From an uncultured Candidatus Poseidoniales archaeon (GTDB lineage: Archaea; Thermoplasmatota; Poseidoniia; Poseidoniales; Poseidoniaceae), in NCBI GenBank assembly GCA_905181715.1, contig CAJIYT010000006.1, positions 6,315-70,314 on the forward strand: a stretch of DNA of 64,000 nucleotides, read 5' to 3'. A program made the position numbers and the translations under genes. This document shows, piece after piece, positions 38,201 through 46,261 of this stretch. Numbering within the stretch: the first letter of the stretch is position 1; every line of letters starts with the position of its first letter. The notes beneath the pieces were generated by a model that saw only the letters and a list, made by a program, of their open reading frames with translations, did not search any database and was not told the origin of the DNA.

Positions 38201-39539
38201 AGAGAGAGGAGATGCACAGCAACATATGTGGCTATTACCTGATATCCAAACCCCTGCTGCTGGAACAGTAGCACCTGCTGAAAACCCGATGAGTATGGCG
38301 GCAGATGTTAATTCGATTCGGGAAAGTACCATGGCCTCACGCCGAGACCTTTCGTGGTGGGCCGACCCTCGATTTGTAGTAGAAGAAGTATTCAACAAGG
38401 GAATAATGACAGTTTGGCATGAATGGGGACATATGCACAACATTCCATCACTGTTGGGGGAGGGTGAATCGACAGTCAATGTCCCAGCCGCAATAATTCT
38501 TAATACCATATTCAATCAATCGCTCGACGACTCATTAGCGAATGCAACTTTTCAAGGATTTAATCGTAGTGAAACAGCAATAGATTGGATGGTTACTTCG
38601 AATTTCCGTAACGGTGAACGGATTGGTGAAGGATACAAGGGCTATACCGCGGAAGGATATCCACTCGACCAAGTAAGTTACCAGGCGAGAGGAATTGGAA
38701 GATATATTGATATGGCTTATCTCTATGGTTGGGATTCCGTTGGCGGGACACACAATGTGTTCTATCAACGTATAGTTGACGGTTCAACGAAATTAAGTGA
38801 AATTGGCGTGACCAGCGATTCTGATTTCACCAAGACATCATCTCAGGTAATTGGCGCTAATATGGCGCCATTTTTCGAGTTCTGGGGGCTAGAAGTAGAT
38901 CAAGAAATACTCGATGAGTTGAATTTGATGCCGCGTTCAGAACCCGTAAAATCATTACTTCTGGAGTATAGGGAGATTCTTCCAAGGAATATCGAAGAAT
39001 TTACTGAATGGCATGACTCAACCGAATCACGTATGGGAGCATGGCAAGGTCCTCAGGTAACCTCTTATCTAGCTACATACAATAATTCCACAGGGCAGGC
39101 AGGTTTAGATCGCATTGACACAATATTATGTCTCTATTTCGAAGTCAATTGTGCGAATGTACCTGGTGTTATTCCTAACCCCGCGCCTGTAGAAAACGAT
39201 CCACCATCTGATGACAATGATGCTTCTAATGAAGAAAACGAAACATCTTCAGATGATAATGAAACCTCCACTGGAGACAACGAGACTACTTCTGATGGCA
39301 ACGAGAGTATAGCAGGAAACTCAACAGACCCTGATAATGAGACCACAACCCCTGATAATAATTCGACAATAAATAATGGGGATGGAGATACTGGAGTTGC
39401 TAAAGATAGTGCTAGAGAATCAAATTCAGAAACCTCACTAATTATATCAGCATCAATCATATTAATTGTCATAGCAATTCTAATCACAACCCAATTAAAA
39501 AGAAAGAAAAACCTAACCCCAGAAATAGAAGAAGAATAA
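35283..39539 (+). CDS. Secreted anchored M60-like (enhancin-like) metallopeptidase with TSP3-like and LamG-like domains
   Basis: Signal peptide; TGFFAPAGEIVTIEV (M60 N-domain); NPFGGSIYI; PWGDI; HEWGH at 38418-38432; GEGESTVN; C-terminal TM plus KRKK. Confidence 0.88.
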   Translation: MNKRLVSINLVLLFFLSAILVPSANADYDSDGITDDADIDDDGDGVADIGDSCPTGTLDWISNETSDYDGDGCKDRSVLIDFYDTEDWTYQEFTFTITAGQSFDIYHECAPNCRYETKITMEKPDGNSVFWGSYFIEDERESTFPFYAESRGRLSQIFGMLGDVVYGDNSITNSWNQAGTYSINITDYNQDYYNDGYDVDNGGVSLFVYLVGSEDAEDIDDDGDGVVDSLDLCMLGERNWISTESTDADGDGCRDLDEDDDDDNDLWGDHMDPCTNYQTSPVDGVGVREYLLSDSFNESNSEIEPAIGHGTPVFEDLNGESALYLGGYDAVEFPNSLTDGLNHSERVQFSFDFNLNDSYFNNSHLTAGNSSPDYQGQPGDGIRILISNQLAGFGNLGYSLWVKSDVDDARNYGLSMQITQPGIGNHFLNPMLNRNLSFEKWYTLTITYDFALENPTIEVLLNSQRYVYSLGPKIDDIECIKAHLIETPVRIGSDLTGSKFGTEEVNSEGVFGKVNSTPSIGMYVRNFSASSPVPWGSSIEMNSALNALIEHMNGNITLDEIGIDGNLEKVVSNLYVPWSDIGVNAVRYIDTYAATQGAIFDAGEIKWTPSTDHPLRYIGFTMQVYILESVFTSENILQSEGIDFPDAKYFPGLVGENAVRVADGKAMIRGTYQTDPARSFGDDKRLIQPTGFFAPAGEIVTIEVAGEHTDGGLVAWVGAHQADLRVVTDGAYARFPKVGMSFPIDSATTHVANPFGGSIYIMTPDGAQEGDLEVTISGAVSSPLFSTRELSQTTYEEWKIAVESRDAPWGDIASDRFMASFPLKHLEYSRDLLCSFDGTPGTFSYQSCTFSVPEGENITLEPAVGHHDEEVTIKITYPGSTTITYDLDTLYENSAQGEGDPEPEWHTSGSGVFSKVSNQSGEYKVELISSEGNGGATFYGAVMNYSKVYNPTELLEVWDGAIDSYLVLGGWPLERGDAQQHMWLLPDIQTPAAGTVAPAENPMSMAADVNSIRESTMASRRDLSWWADPRFVVEEVFNKGIMTVWHEWGHMHNIPSLLGEGESTVNVPAAIILNTIFNQSLDDSLANATFQGFNRSETAIDWMVTSNFRNGERIGEGYKGYTAEGYPLDQVSYQARGIGRYIDMAYLYGWDSVGGTHNVFYQRIVDGSTKLSEIGVTSDSDFTKTSSQVIGANMAPFFEFWGLEVDQEILDELNLMPRSEPVKSLLLEYREILPRNIEEFTEWHDSTESRMGAWQGPQVTSYLATYNNSTGQAGLDRIDTILCLYFEVNCANVPGVIPNPAPVENDPPSDDNDASNEENETSSDDNETSTGDNETTSDGNESIAGNSTDPDNETTTPDNNSTINNGDGDTGVAKDSARESNSETSLIISASIILIVIAILITTQLKRKKNLTPEIEEE

Positions 39540-39564
39540 AACACGGCTTCTTAGTCGATGATTT

Positions 39565-39873
39565 ATGGTAGAAGTAATGGAATTGGGCAATTCAGCTCTA
39601 CAGGGGTTAATACTCGGGGTTTTGGCAGCATTTGTGTTCAAATTCGCATCAAAGGCAATCAAATTTCTACTCGTAATTCAATTCATACTTTTGAAATGGC
39701 TTGAATCTAGACAGATGATTATCGTTGACTGGCATAGAATTACCTTTGGACTGGCCGAAGAAAAGGATTTACTTCAGCAAGCAGATACCATCGTCTATTC
39801 TCTGATCGATACAGGTTCGTTTGGCATAGCTGCCATTATCGGTTTCGCTTCTGTAAGGCGATTTTTCAAGTGA
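39565..39873 (+). CDS. FUN14-domain membrane protein
   Basis: GLILGVLAAFVFKFASKAIK...LKWLE...IIVDW pattern. Confidence 0.75.
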   Translation: MVEVMELGNSALQGLILGVLAAFVFKFASKAIKFLLVIQFILLKWLESRQMIIVDWHRITFGLAEEKDLLQQADTIVYSLIDTGSFGIAAIIGFASVRRFFK

Positions 39874-39896
39874 CAGAAAGAAGAGAAAAACCTAAT

Positions 39897-41186
39897 CTAA
39901 CTCTTAATTCTTTCAGGAGTGACCCATTCATCCCAACTTGAATCAAATCCAACATAGTGAATCAGATAGGACTCTCCCGAAATATCTTGGATGATTGCAT
40001 CCCACCAAGTCCCTTCCCATTCAACTTGAATTTGCATACCTCGGGAATATGTGTTATTGAATGGGTGCTCATCAGGCCTTTCAGTCCACCCAGTTGGCCC
40101 AACTACATACATCGTGTTCCTTGTTTCAACCCTAGCAGTTGCCCTAGCATCGTATGTAACAGATTGAATAGCTGAGGACTTGATCTTACCTTCACCTAAC
40201 TTTGGATGAGCATATGCATACCCTCTTAGTATTCCATCGGAAATTATAGCATCACGAATGACGACTTCTGGTTTGGTTTGCGATAATTCTGAATCTTCAG
40301 AACCAAGCATAAATTTAGCAAGAGAACGATAGTCAATTTCTGAATCTAATCCAATTCCCATTTCGCTAAATTCTTGCATTACATCATCTATTGATATCTG
40401 TTCATCACTCATTTCAGTGAGAATTGTAAAATATTCTTTCGCAGAAATTGTTCCGCTATTATCTGCATCAAAAACTTGGAATGCTTCGATAAGTTCTCTT
40501 TCTTCTTTAGATTCGTTTTCGATATAATCTTGAACTTCTTTAGATTCTTCATTTAGAGGTTCGATCCTTCCCCATTCGACATTATACTCTACGTCTCCAT
40601 CATCAAAATGAATGTTGAATGTAAAATCTGCGTTCTCACTGGCGATTTTGCCAGGGAAATAGTGACCATGGTTTTTCCAATTAACGAATACTCTGTCTCC
40701 TGATTTTAAGGGTATGCTTGCTGGGCGTATAGTTCCTGGTGACGTCCCAATCACAACGGCTAATTTAGTTTCGATTGCAGTGTCCTTAGGAACTTCAACC
40801 CTGTAGGTACCGTCATCATTTATTGCTACTACTTTACATCGATTTAGCCATCGAGCATTTGTTGGACTGTGGTACTCAACATGGTCTCCAACTTGGAAGG
40901 ATTGAGGTAGTTCAATATCGGGAGCAGGTGGGGCTTGAGGAGGAGTATTATCTCCGAGCATCCCTAACTGTTGCAGTGCTGCTATAACCGCTGCAGTAAC
41001 AGTTGCAGGGTCATTGTTAATCACCGTATTACTAACTACATCTCCACCTATTACTGAGTCTTGCATTGAGAGCGTTTGATTGTTATCGGGAGGGGTCAAG
41101 GGTTCTGATGCAGGAGGAGCGGGAATCCATTCATTACCTATCCATATGAACTTACCATCTGGACTGTAAACAGGAGCATCGGTCAT
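39897..41186 (-). CDS. Multi-domain cytoplasmic protein: 2x Tudor/SH3-like, EF-hand region, unknown beta domain, C-terminal chromo-barrel/Tudor-knot
   Basis: ATG at 41186 (429 aa); FQVGDHVEY..., GDRVFVNWKNHGHYFPGKI...IHFDDGD, AFQVFDADNSGTISAKE, VEWEGTWWDAII...YLIHYVGFDSSWDEWVTPERI. Confidence 0.85.
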   Translation of the reverse strand: MTDAPVYSPDGKFIWIGNEWIPAPPASEPLTPPDNNQTLSMQDSVIGGDVVSNTVINNDPATVTAAVIAALQQLGMLGDNTPPQAPPAPDIELPQSFQVGDHVEYHSPTNARWLNRCKVVAINDDGTYRVEVPKDTAIETKLAVVIGTSPGTIRPASIPLKSGDRVFVNWKNHGHYFPGKIASENADFTFNIHFDDGDVEYNVEWGRIEPLNEESKEVQDYIENESKEERELIEAFQVFDADNSGTISAKEYFTILTEMSDEQISIDDVMQEFSEMGIGLDSEIDYRSLAKFMLGSEDSELSQTKPEVVIRDAIISDGILRGYAYAHPKLGEGKIKSSAIQSVTYDARATARVETRNTMYVVGPTGWTERPDEHPFNNTYSRGMQIQVEWEGTWWDAIIQDISGESYLIHYVGFDSSWDEWVTPERIKS

Positions 41187-41244
41187 AACTATCGCATAAT
41201 GTTGTAATACTTCTGCTTTGAGAATAAAATCACTCTTTATAAAT

Positions 41245-42861
41245 TCAAGGAAGGCCTTCAGAAGAATCTTCCTTAGGGGTGCGGTCACCCGAACTGAACA
41301 TTAGATACATCAGTCCAGTTAGACCAATTCCAATCATTAGCAGGTGGCTAATAGTGAAATGTTCGAGTATCGAATTGTAAAAACTTTCACTAGTCGCAGC
41401 CGTCTTGTGTGATGCATGAATAACAATCGATATAATTGGAAGAGCCCCAAGAGTCGCGAAGAACTTAACTGAGTTAATAGTCACTTTTTCGACTAAATCA
41501 GTAGTGAAATCTTCTAACATATTAGTTATTGCAAAGGCTGCAAGAATCGATCCAGGGATAATTATTGCATAATGCAGTTGTCCAAGTAGGGAGGGGGGTG
41601 AAAGCAATGTCAGTCCAAAAAGAGCACCAAGATAGATTATGAAACTTCGTTCAACAGGCTCGAGTATTTTGTCTAGGGGGATGATTGAGAGGATTGCAAG
41701 GAATGGTGTGAAAGTCAGCAGACTAGCTACTATTCCGGCCACCATAACTCCTACGACTGACTCAAGATCAGTTAGTATATTACTTACTAATAGAGCCGTT
41801 GCAAGGCCGCCTATTACAGCGAATAGAATCGCTAATGCCACCTTTTTACCCATCGAGCGCTCCCCCTCATCTTCAGTAAGCTCACCAATGATTAGGAATA
41901 ATAGGACTGGTAGTACAACTATTACTCCAATCGGTGATGACAAGATCGACAGTATTATCGCAGGTACAATCAGAAATGAATGAGGCTTCTTTCCTGCCAA
42001 TCTACTGGTTGAGAATAGCACTGCAAATAGGGTGAACATTTGCGCCATAGCAATACCTAGGGGCAGTGAATTTACATCTGCTTGAACAAGATAGAAAAAG
42101 TACGAAAACATGGCGATAATAGAGAACATTTTCGCCATCATCGAGGGCTCATCTTTAGCTCTTTTCTTGGCAATAGCATGTTTATCAACCTCCTCTTCCG
42201 AAATTGTCGAGGATGCAGAAGATGAGCTCTCATCATTTCTAGAATCTAATTCTTCTCCTAAAGTAAGAGGATCATTTGCCACTCTTTTTATCGCTCCGAG
42301 AGATTCTTTTCCTTCCTTGATTTTCGTATTGGCTTCAGAGATTAATGATTCTGCATTCTCAAGAATATCGCCAATTTCTTCGACAATACCCTCCATACTA
42401 TCTCCTACTTCGTCAATATCTATCGATAGGTTAATGCCTCCTAATTCTTGAAGTGTCCATATCCTCAGCGTAATCTTTCGAATTAGTAATAATGAGACGA
42501 ATGAACAGAAGATATTGATGGCTAAAACAGAGTTACCTACTGATAATTTTGTTTGAAGAGCCTTTACTGCATAGGCATGAGCAAGAGGTAAACCATCTTT
42601 CCAGTCCATATCCTGCCAACTAAGGGCTGGAACCCAATTGTCACCTATGTCATTCGAATAATCAATAGATGGATCATCTGGATTATTCGAAATTTCCTTC
42701 ATGTCGAAATCTACATCAGGTATCCCTCCGGGGTTATGATCTATTGATAATTCAGCCATGCTGAAGGTTACAAGTAATGCAAGCATAATTGGTAGCGACC
42801 AATTCAGAACTCTTTTGAGGATTATATCATCAAGCTTAGTCAGGAAATGCAAGGCGCCCAT
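41245..42861 (-). CDS. Hypothetical polytopic membrane protein with an acidic coiled-coil insert
   Basis: Roughly ten or more hydrophobic helices; ATG at 42861 (or 42885); lies directly downstream of tRNA-Leu. Confidence 0.75.
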   Translation of the reverse strand: MGALHFLTKLDDIILKRVLNWSLPIMLALLVTFSMAELSIDHNPGGIPDVDFDMKEISNNPDDPSIDYSNDIGDNWVPALSWQDMDWKDGLPLAHAYAVKALQTKLSVGNSVLAINIFCSFVSLLLIRKITLRIWTLQELGGINLSIDIDEVGDSMEGIVEEIGDILENAESLISEANTKIKEGKESLGAIKRVANDPLTLGEELDSRNDESSSSASSTISEEEVDKHAIAKKRAKDEPSMMAKMFSIIAMFSYFFYLVQADVNSLPLGIAMAQMFTLFAVLFSTSRLAGKKPHSFLIVPAIILSILSSPIGVIVVLPVLLFLIIGELTEDEGERSMGKKVALAILFAVIGGLATALLVSNILTDLESVVGVMVAGIVASLLTFTPFLAILSIIPLDKILEPVERSFIIYLGALFGLTLLSPPSLLGQLHYAIIIPGSILAAFAITNMLEDFTTDLVEKVTINSVKFFATLGALPIISIVIHASHKTAATSESFYNSILEHFTISHLLMIGIGLTGLMYLMFSSGDRTPKEDSSEGLP

Positions 42862-42942
42862 AATCTTAGATGTGAAACTTTTCATTCATCAACAATTCGG
42901 TGAAGTATTCAATTCAGCACTAATTATAGTAATAATTTTGAG

Positions 42943-43026
42943 TGCGGGGGGCAGGATTCGAACCTGCGAACCACTGAGGACCGGGACCTAAACCCGGCGC
43001 CGTTGACCAAGCTTGGCAACCCCCGC
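42943..43026 (-). tRNA. tRNA-Leu(TAG)
   Basis: Minus strand: acceptor GCGGGGG/CCCCCGC, anticodon arm CCGGG-TT TAG GT-CCCGG, long variable arm, T arm GCAGG-TTCGAAT-CCTGC. Confidence 0.95.
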
Positions 43027-43092
43027 GCAAACCGTCGTTCCGACTTGTGCTTTTCAATTTGTAGGCTGCTTCATCTAGGGGTGCCTTGACGG

Positions 43093-46000
43093 TTGCACAT
43101 GGATGAACCTTCGGTCACTAGGTTTGCTCGCTTGGCAGATTGGTTGATACCCCGTCGAAACAAGGTTCACATCGCTGTTTTCCTTCTTTCAATCTTGATG
43201 ATTCCCGGTGCTTTGACCGCATTGGAACCAATCGACATGGAATCCTATGAGATGGAATCTCCTGAGCTGAACGCACAAGAAGTAATCGAGACTAAATTCG
43301 AGACTACTGAGATCATTCTCGGCTTTGCAGTTTCATTGCGAGATACATCATTTATCGGCACGACACCGTCTCCTGTTCCTTTCACTAGTGACGGCACACC
43401 AGATTGGCCCTCCTTTGCTCCTGCAAATCAAATTGCACCTGCAGGTGAGGCATGGGAAGGCGTTGAATCTCCAAATGGAGGTATCCTCAACTTGACAGTG
43501 TTACGCGAACTAGATGTCAAGCACGAGGTGATTTACGATCATCCATTGGCGCCATACATGAAAACATTCGTCAATGACGTAACAGGTCTACAGACCCCTG
43601 GAGTAATGTCATTAGTCGACATCTTCCGAGGATTCATGAACAATTCCTCCGTACTGACCGCACCCCGCGTGACAGTAGGAGGGTTAGAACCTCCACTTGC
43701 AGATTGGAGTGATTGTGGCTCATTGGCTTGCTTGACTTTTGATGATGAAAATTTGACTCAGGCTCACATAGACCTAGCGGCTAATCGAATGGCTTTAGCC
43801 GATGGTGCAGCCTTCTTGCGTTGGACTTCGCTCGACCGAGGATTTGTTGCAGATTCGACTTCAGCAGTACTCGGACCAGTAGGCGGCGCACTTGCAGAAA
43901 ATGGGACATGGGATGGTGCTACTTGGCGTGGTGGTCGTTGGGCAGCCTCTTCCTCTTGGCTATTGGTCCAACTCGACCATGCCAAATTGAAAGCAGACGG
44001 ATTCACTATATTTTGGAAAGATAGCCATCCAGAGAAGAAAGTCCGCTTTGCTGAGGATGGCTTTTTGGTGGGGGGGTATCGCTTGCATGATTCACAATTG
44101 GTATTGCATCCACCAAATTATTCCGCAGAGGAATGCCCTAGTGATGATGGTCTCCCCTGTTCGGTAGAATGGACATACATGGATCTGGAGGGTAGACTGC
44201 GCAGTACTGATAATACGGTTGTCACTCTTCTAGTTGGTCAAGCGATAAATGTTGAAGTCAACCGTGAGATGCAATCCTCTTTTGCGTTAATTATTATGAT
44301 GGGCTTAGCGGTAATCATACTACTCTACTTGAGTTTACGTCGCCTTTCAGACGTGGTTATTGTGGGCATCGCTTTGACCGGTGCCCTATTGTGGATGCAG
44401 GGGATGATAGGCCATGCCTCGACTCTATTCAATTTCTTGAACTGGGATTTATTGGCTCGTAGCCAATTCTCTAATCTATTGCCGATTTTGGTTTTGGCAT
44501 TGGGCATCGATGATAGTTTACACGCGTTACATCGCTACAAAGAGGAGAGAGGCTTGGGCCATGAGCCAAAAATAGCAGCAAGGACGACTTTACATAGAGT
44601 CGGAAGAGCCATTCTCCTGACCACGTTGACAACAATAGCAGCATTTTCGGCCAATCTCTTTTCTGATGTTGCCGCTCTTCGCTCGTTCGGCCTCGAAGCT
44701 GCTTTTGGATTAGTAGCCGCCTTTTTGTTGACCGGAATGTGGGTTCCATTGCTTAGGCTATCTGCTGACGAATGGCTTGAGAAGAGAGATAGGGCATATA
44801 CAGAAGGCGGTAAATCACACTTGATTTCCCCTGAGAAGTTAAAACGAATTGCACTATTCTCTGGCAATCCTCCAAACTCCATCAAAATAGCGCTTGTCGC
44901 AGCTTTGCTAACTATTCCTGCAGCATGGGCAATGGTAAACCTAGAAGGGGATTTCGCAGTAGAGGATTTCCTCGAGGAGGACGCGGATATGGTTTATAGC
45001 ATCGATCTTGTAACCGAGAGGTTCAGCGACGAGGGAGAACCAGCTCTACTCTTGTTGGAAGGGGATGTAGCAGACCCGCGTGTATATGCGGCAATCGATG
45101 AACTTAGGCAAAATATGGATCAGAGGGTCCCCGGTGTTCCCGACAAAGTAACCCGCGAGCCCGACGGTAAAATCGACCTCTTAGCAATAGATGAAATGAT
45201 TGAATTAGCAATTATTTCGATGATAGAAGACCCCTCTCCATTCGAGGCCGCAGGCTGGAACGAGAGTAGTTGTGAGAAGGTAGGTATTCTATCATTACCG
45301 AATCTAGAAGATCGTAATTGTCTACTCTTTTTGTATGGATATCTGGTGATATATGGGGTTCCGGGTGGGTCTTCTGTTCCGGCAATCCCTGCTGGTTTGG
45401 TGGGTTTATTCATGAATCCTGATGTGGCGATTGACACGTCAAAACCATGGCTTGACATCGAAGGAAATGAGGTGACATGGAGTAGGATGTTACTGCGTTT
45501 TGGCGTTACTGGTTCTGATGATTTCTCTAGTATGGGAGCCGGCCTTGCCAAGTTGAAAACGGACTTAGCCCCATTGAATAATCTCAGTAGTGGCACATGG
45601 GATACGCCTGGAGACATCTCGAACGAGGAAACCCCATTGACTTGGGTAGTCGCAACCGGTAAGCCGGTAACGCGCTATGTTGCAAGCAATGCTATGCAAA
45701 ACGAAATGCAATCAAGTATGATTCTGGGCTCTCTCTTTGTCTTTATCACCTTGAGCATCGGTTTCAAATCTCCCAAGCAAGCAATTATCGCGCTGATTCC
45801 AATTTTACTGGTTGTTGTTTGGCTCTATGGTTTGATTTGGCTATTCGGATATAGTCTGAACATTGTTACAGTTACGATTGCAACTATTTCATTAGGCGTC
45901 GGTATTGATTATTGTATTCACGTGACTGAACGATATCGGGAAGTGCGAGAAGAAGGAGGCGATCACGAAGCAGCATTACTCGGTGTAGGAGGAGCATGCG

Positions 46001-46200
46001 CTTTAGCACTGGTCGGATCGGCAGCATCAGATATTGCAGGGTTTACTATTATCGCATTCTCACCAATGGGCTTGTTCAGCTCCTTCGGTATCTTTTCAGC
46101 AGCGATGATTGCTCTTTCCCTAATCGCTTCACTGATACTTACTACAGCGGCTCTCGGGCTGCTTCAACCCAAAGTCAATCCTTTGCCGGTTGATTCTTGA
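43093..46200 (+). CDS. MMPL/RND family transporter
   Basis: Two halves of 1+5 TM with large loops; LGIDDSLH and LGVGIDYCIH RND motifs. Confidence 0.92.
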   Translation: MHMDEPSVTRFARLADWLIPRRNKVHIAVFLLSILMIPGALTALEPIDMESYEMESPELNAQEVIETKFETTEIILGFAVSLRDTSFIGTTPSPVPFTSDGTPDWPSFAPANQIAPAGEAWEGVESPNGGILNLTVLRELDVKHEVIYDHPLAPYMKTFVNDVTGLQTPGVMSLVDIFRGFMNNSSVLTAPRVTVGGLEPPLADWSDCGSLACLTFDDENLTQAHIDLAANRMALADGAAFLRWTSLDRGFVADSTSAVLGPVGGALAENGTWDGATWRGGRWAASSSWLLVQLDHAKLKADGFTIFWKDSHPEKKVRFAEDGFLVGGYRLHDSQLVLHPPNYSAEECPSDDGLPCSVEWTYMDLEGRLRSTDNTVVTLLVGQAINVEVNREMQSSFALIIMMGLAVIILLYLSLRRLSDVVIVGIALTGALLWMQGMIGHASTLFNFLNWDLLARSQFSNLLPILVLALGIDDSLHALHRYKEERGLGHEPKIAARTTLHRVGRAILLTTLTTIAAFSANLFSDVAALRSFGLEAAFGLVAAFLLTGMWVPLLRLSADEWLEKRDRAYTEGGKSHLISPEKLKRIALFSGNPPNSIKIALVAALLTIPAAWAMVNLEGDFAVEDFLEEDADMVYSIDLVTERFSDEGEPALLLLEGDVADPRVYAAIDELRQNMDQRVPGVPDKVTREPDGKIDLLAIDEMIELAIISMIEDPSPFEAAGWNESSCEKVGILSLPNLEDRNCLLFLYGYLVIYGVPGGSSVPAIPAGLVGLFMNPDVAIDTSKPWLDIEGNEVTWSRMLLRFGVTGSDDFSSMGAGLAKLKTDLAPLNNLSSGTWDTPGDISNEETPLTWVVATGKPVTRYVASNAMQNEMQSSMILGSLFVFITLSIGFKSPKQAIIALIPILLVVVWLYGLIWLFGYSLNIVTVTIATISLGVGIDYCIHVTERYREVREEGGDHEAALLGVGGACALALVGSAASDIAGFTIIAFSPMGLFSSFGIFSAAMIALSLIASLILTTAALGLLQPKVNPLPVDS

Positions 46201-46261
46201 GGGGCTGGCAGTTGGGCAATGTGTTGCACGTGGGGTCGGCCCCTGTGCAATAGGTGATGAT

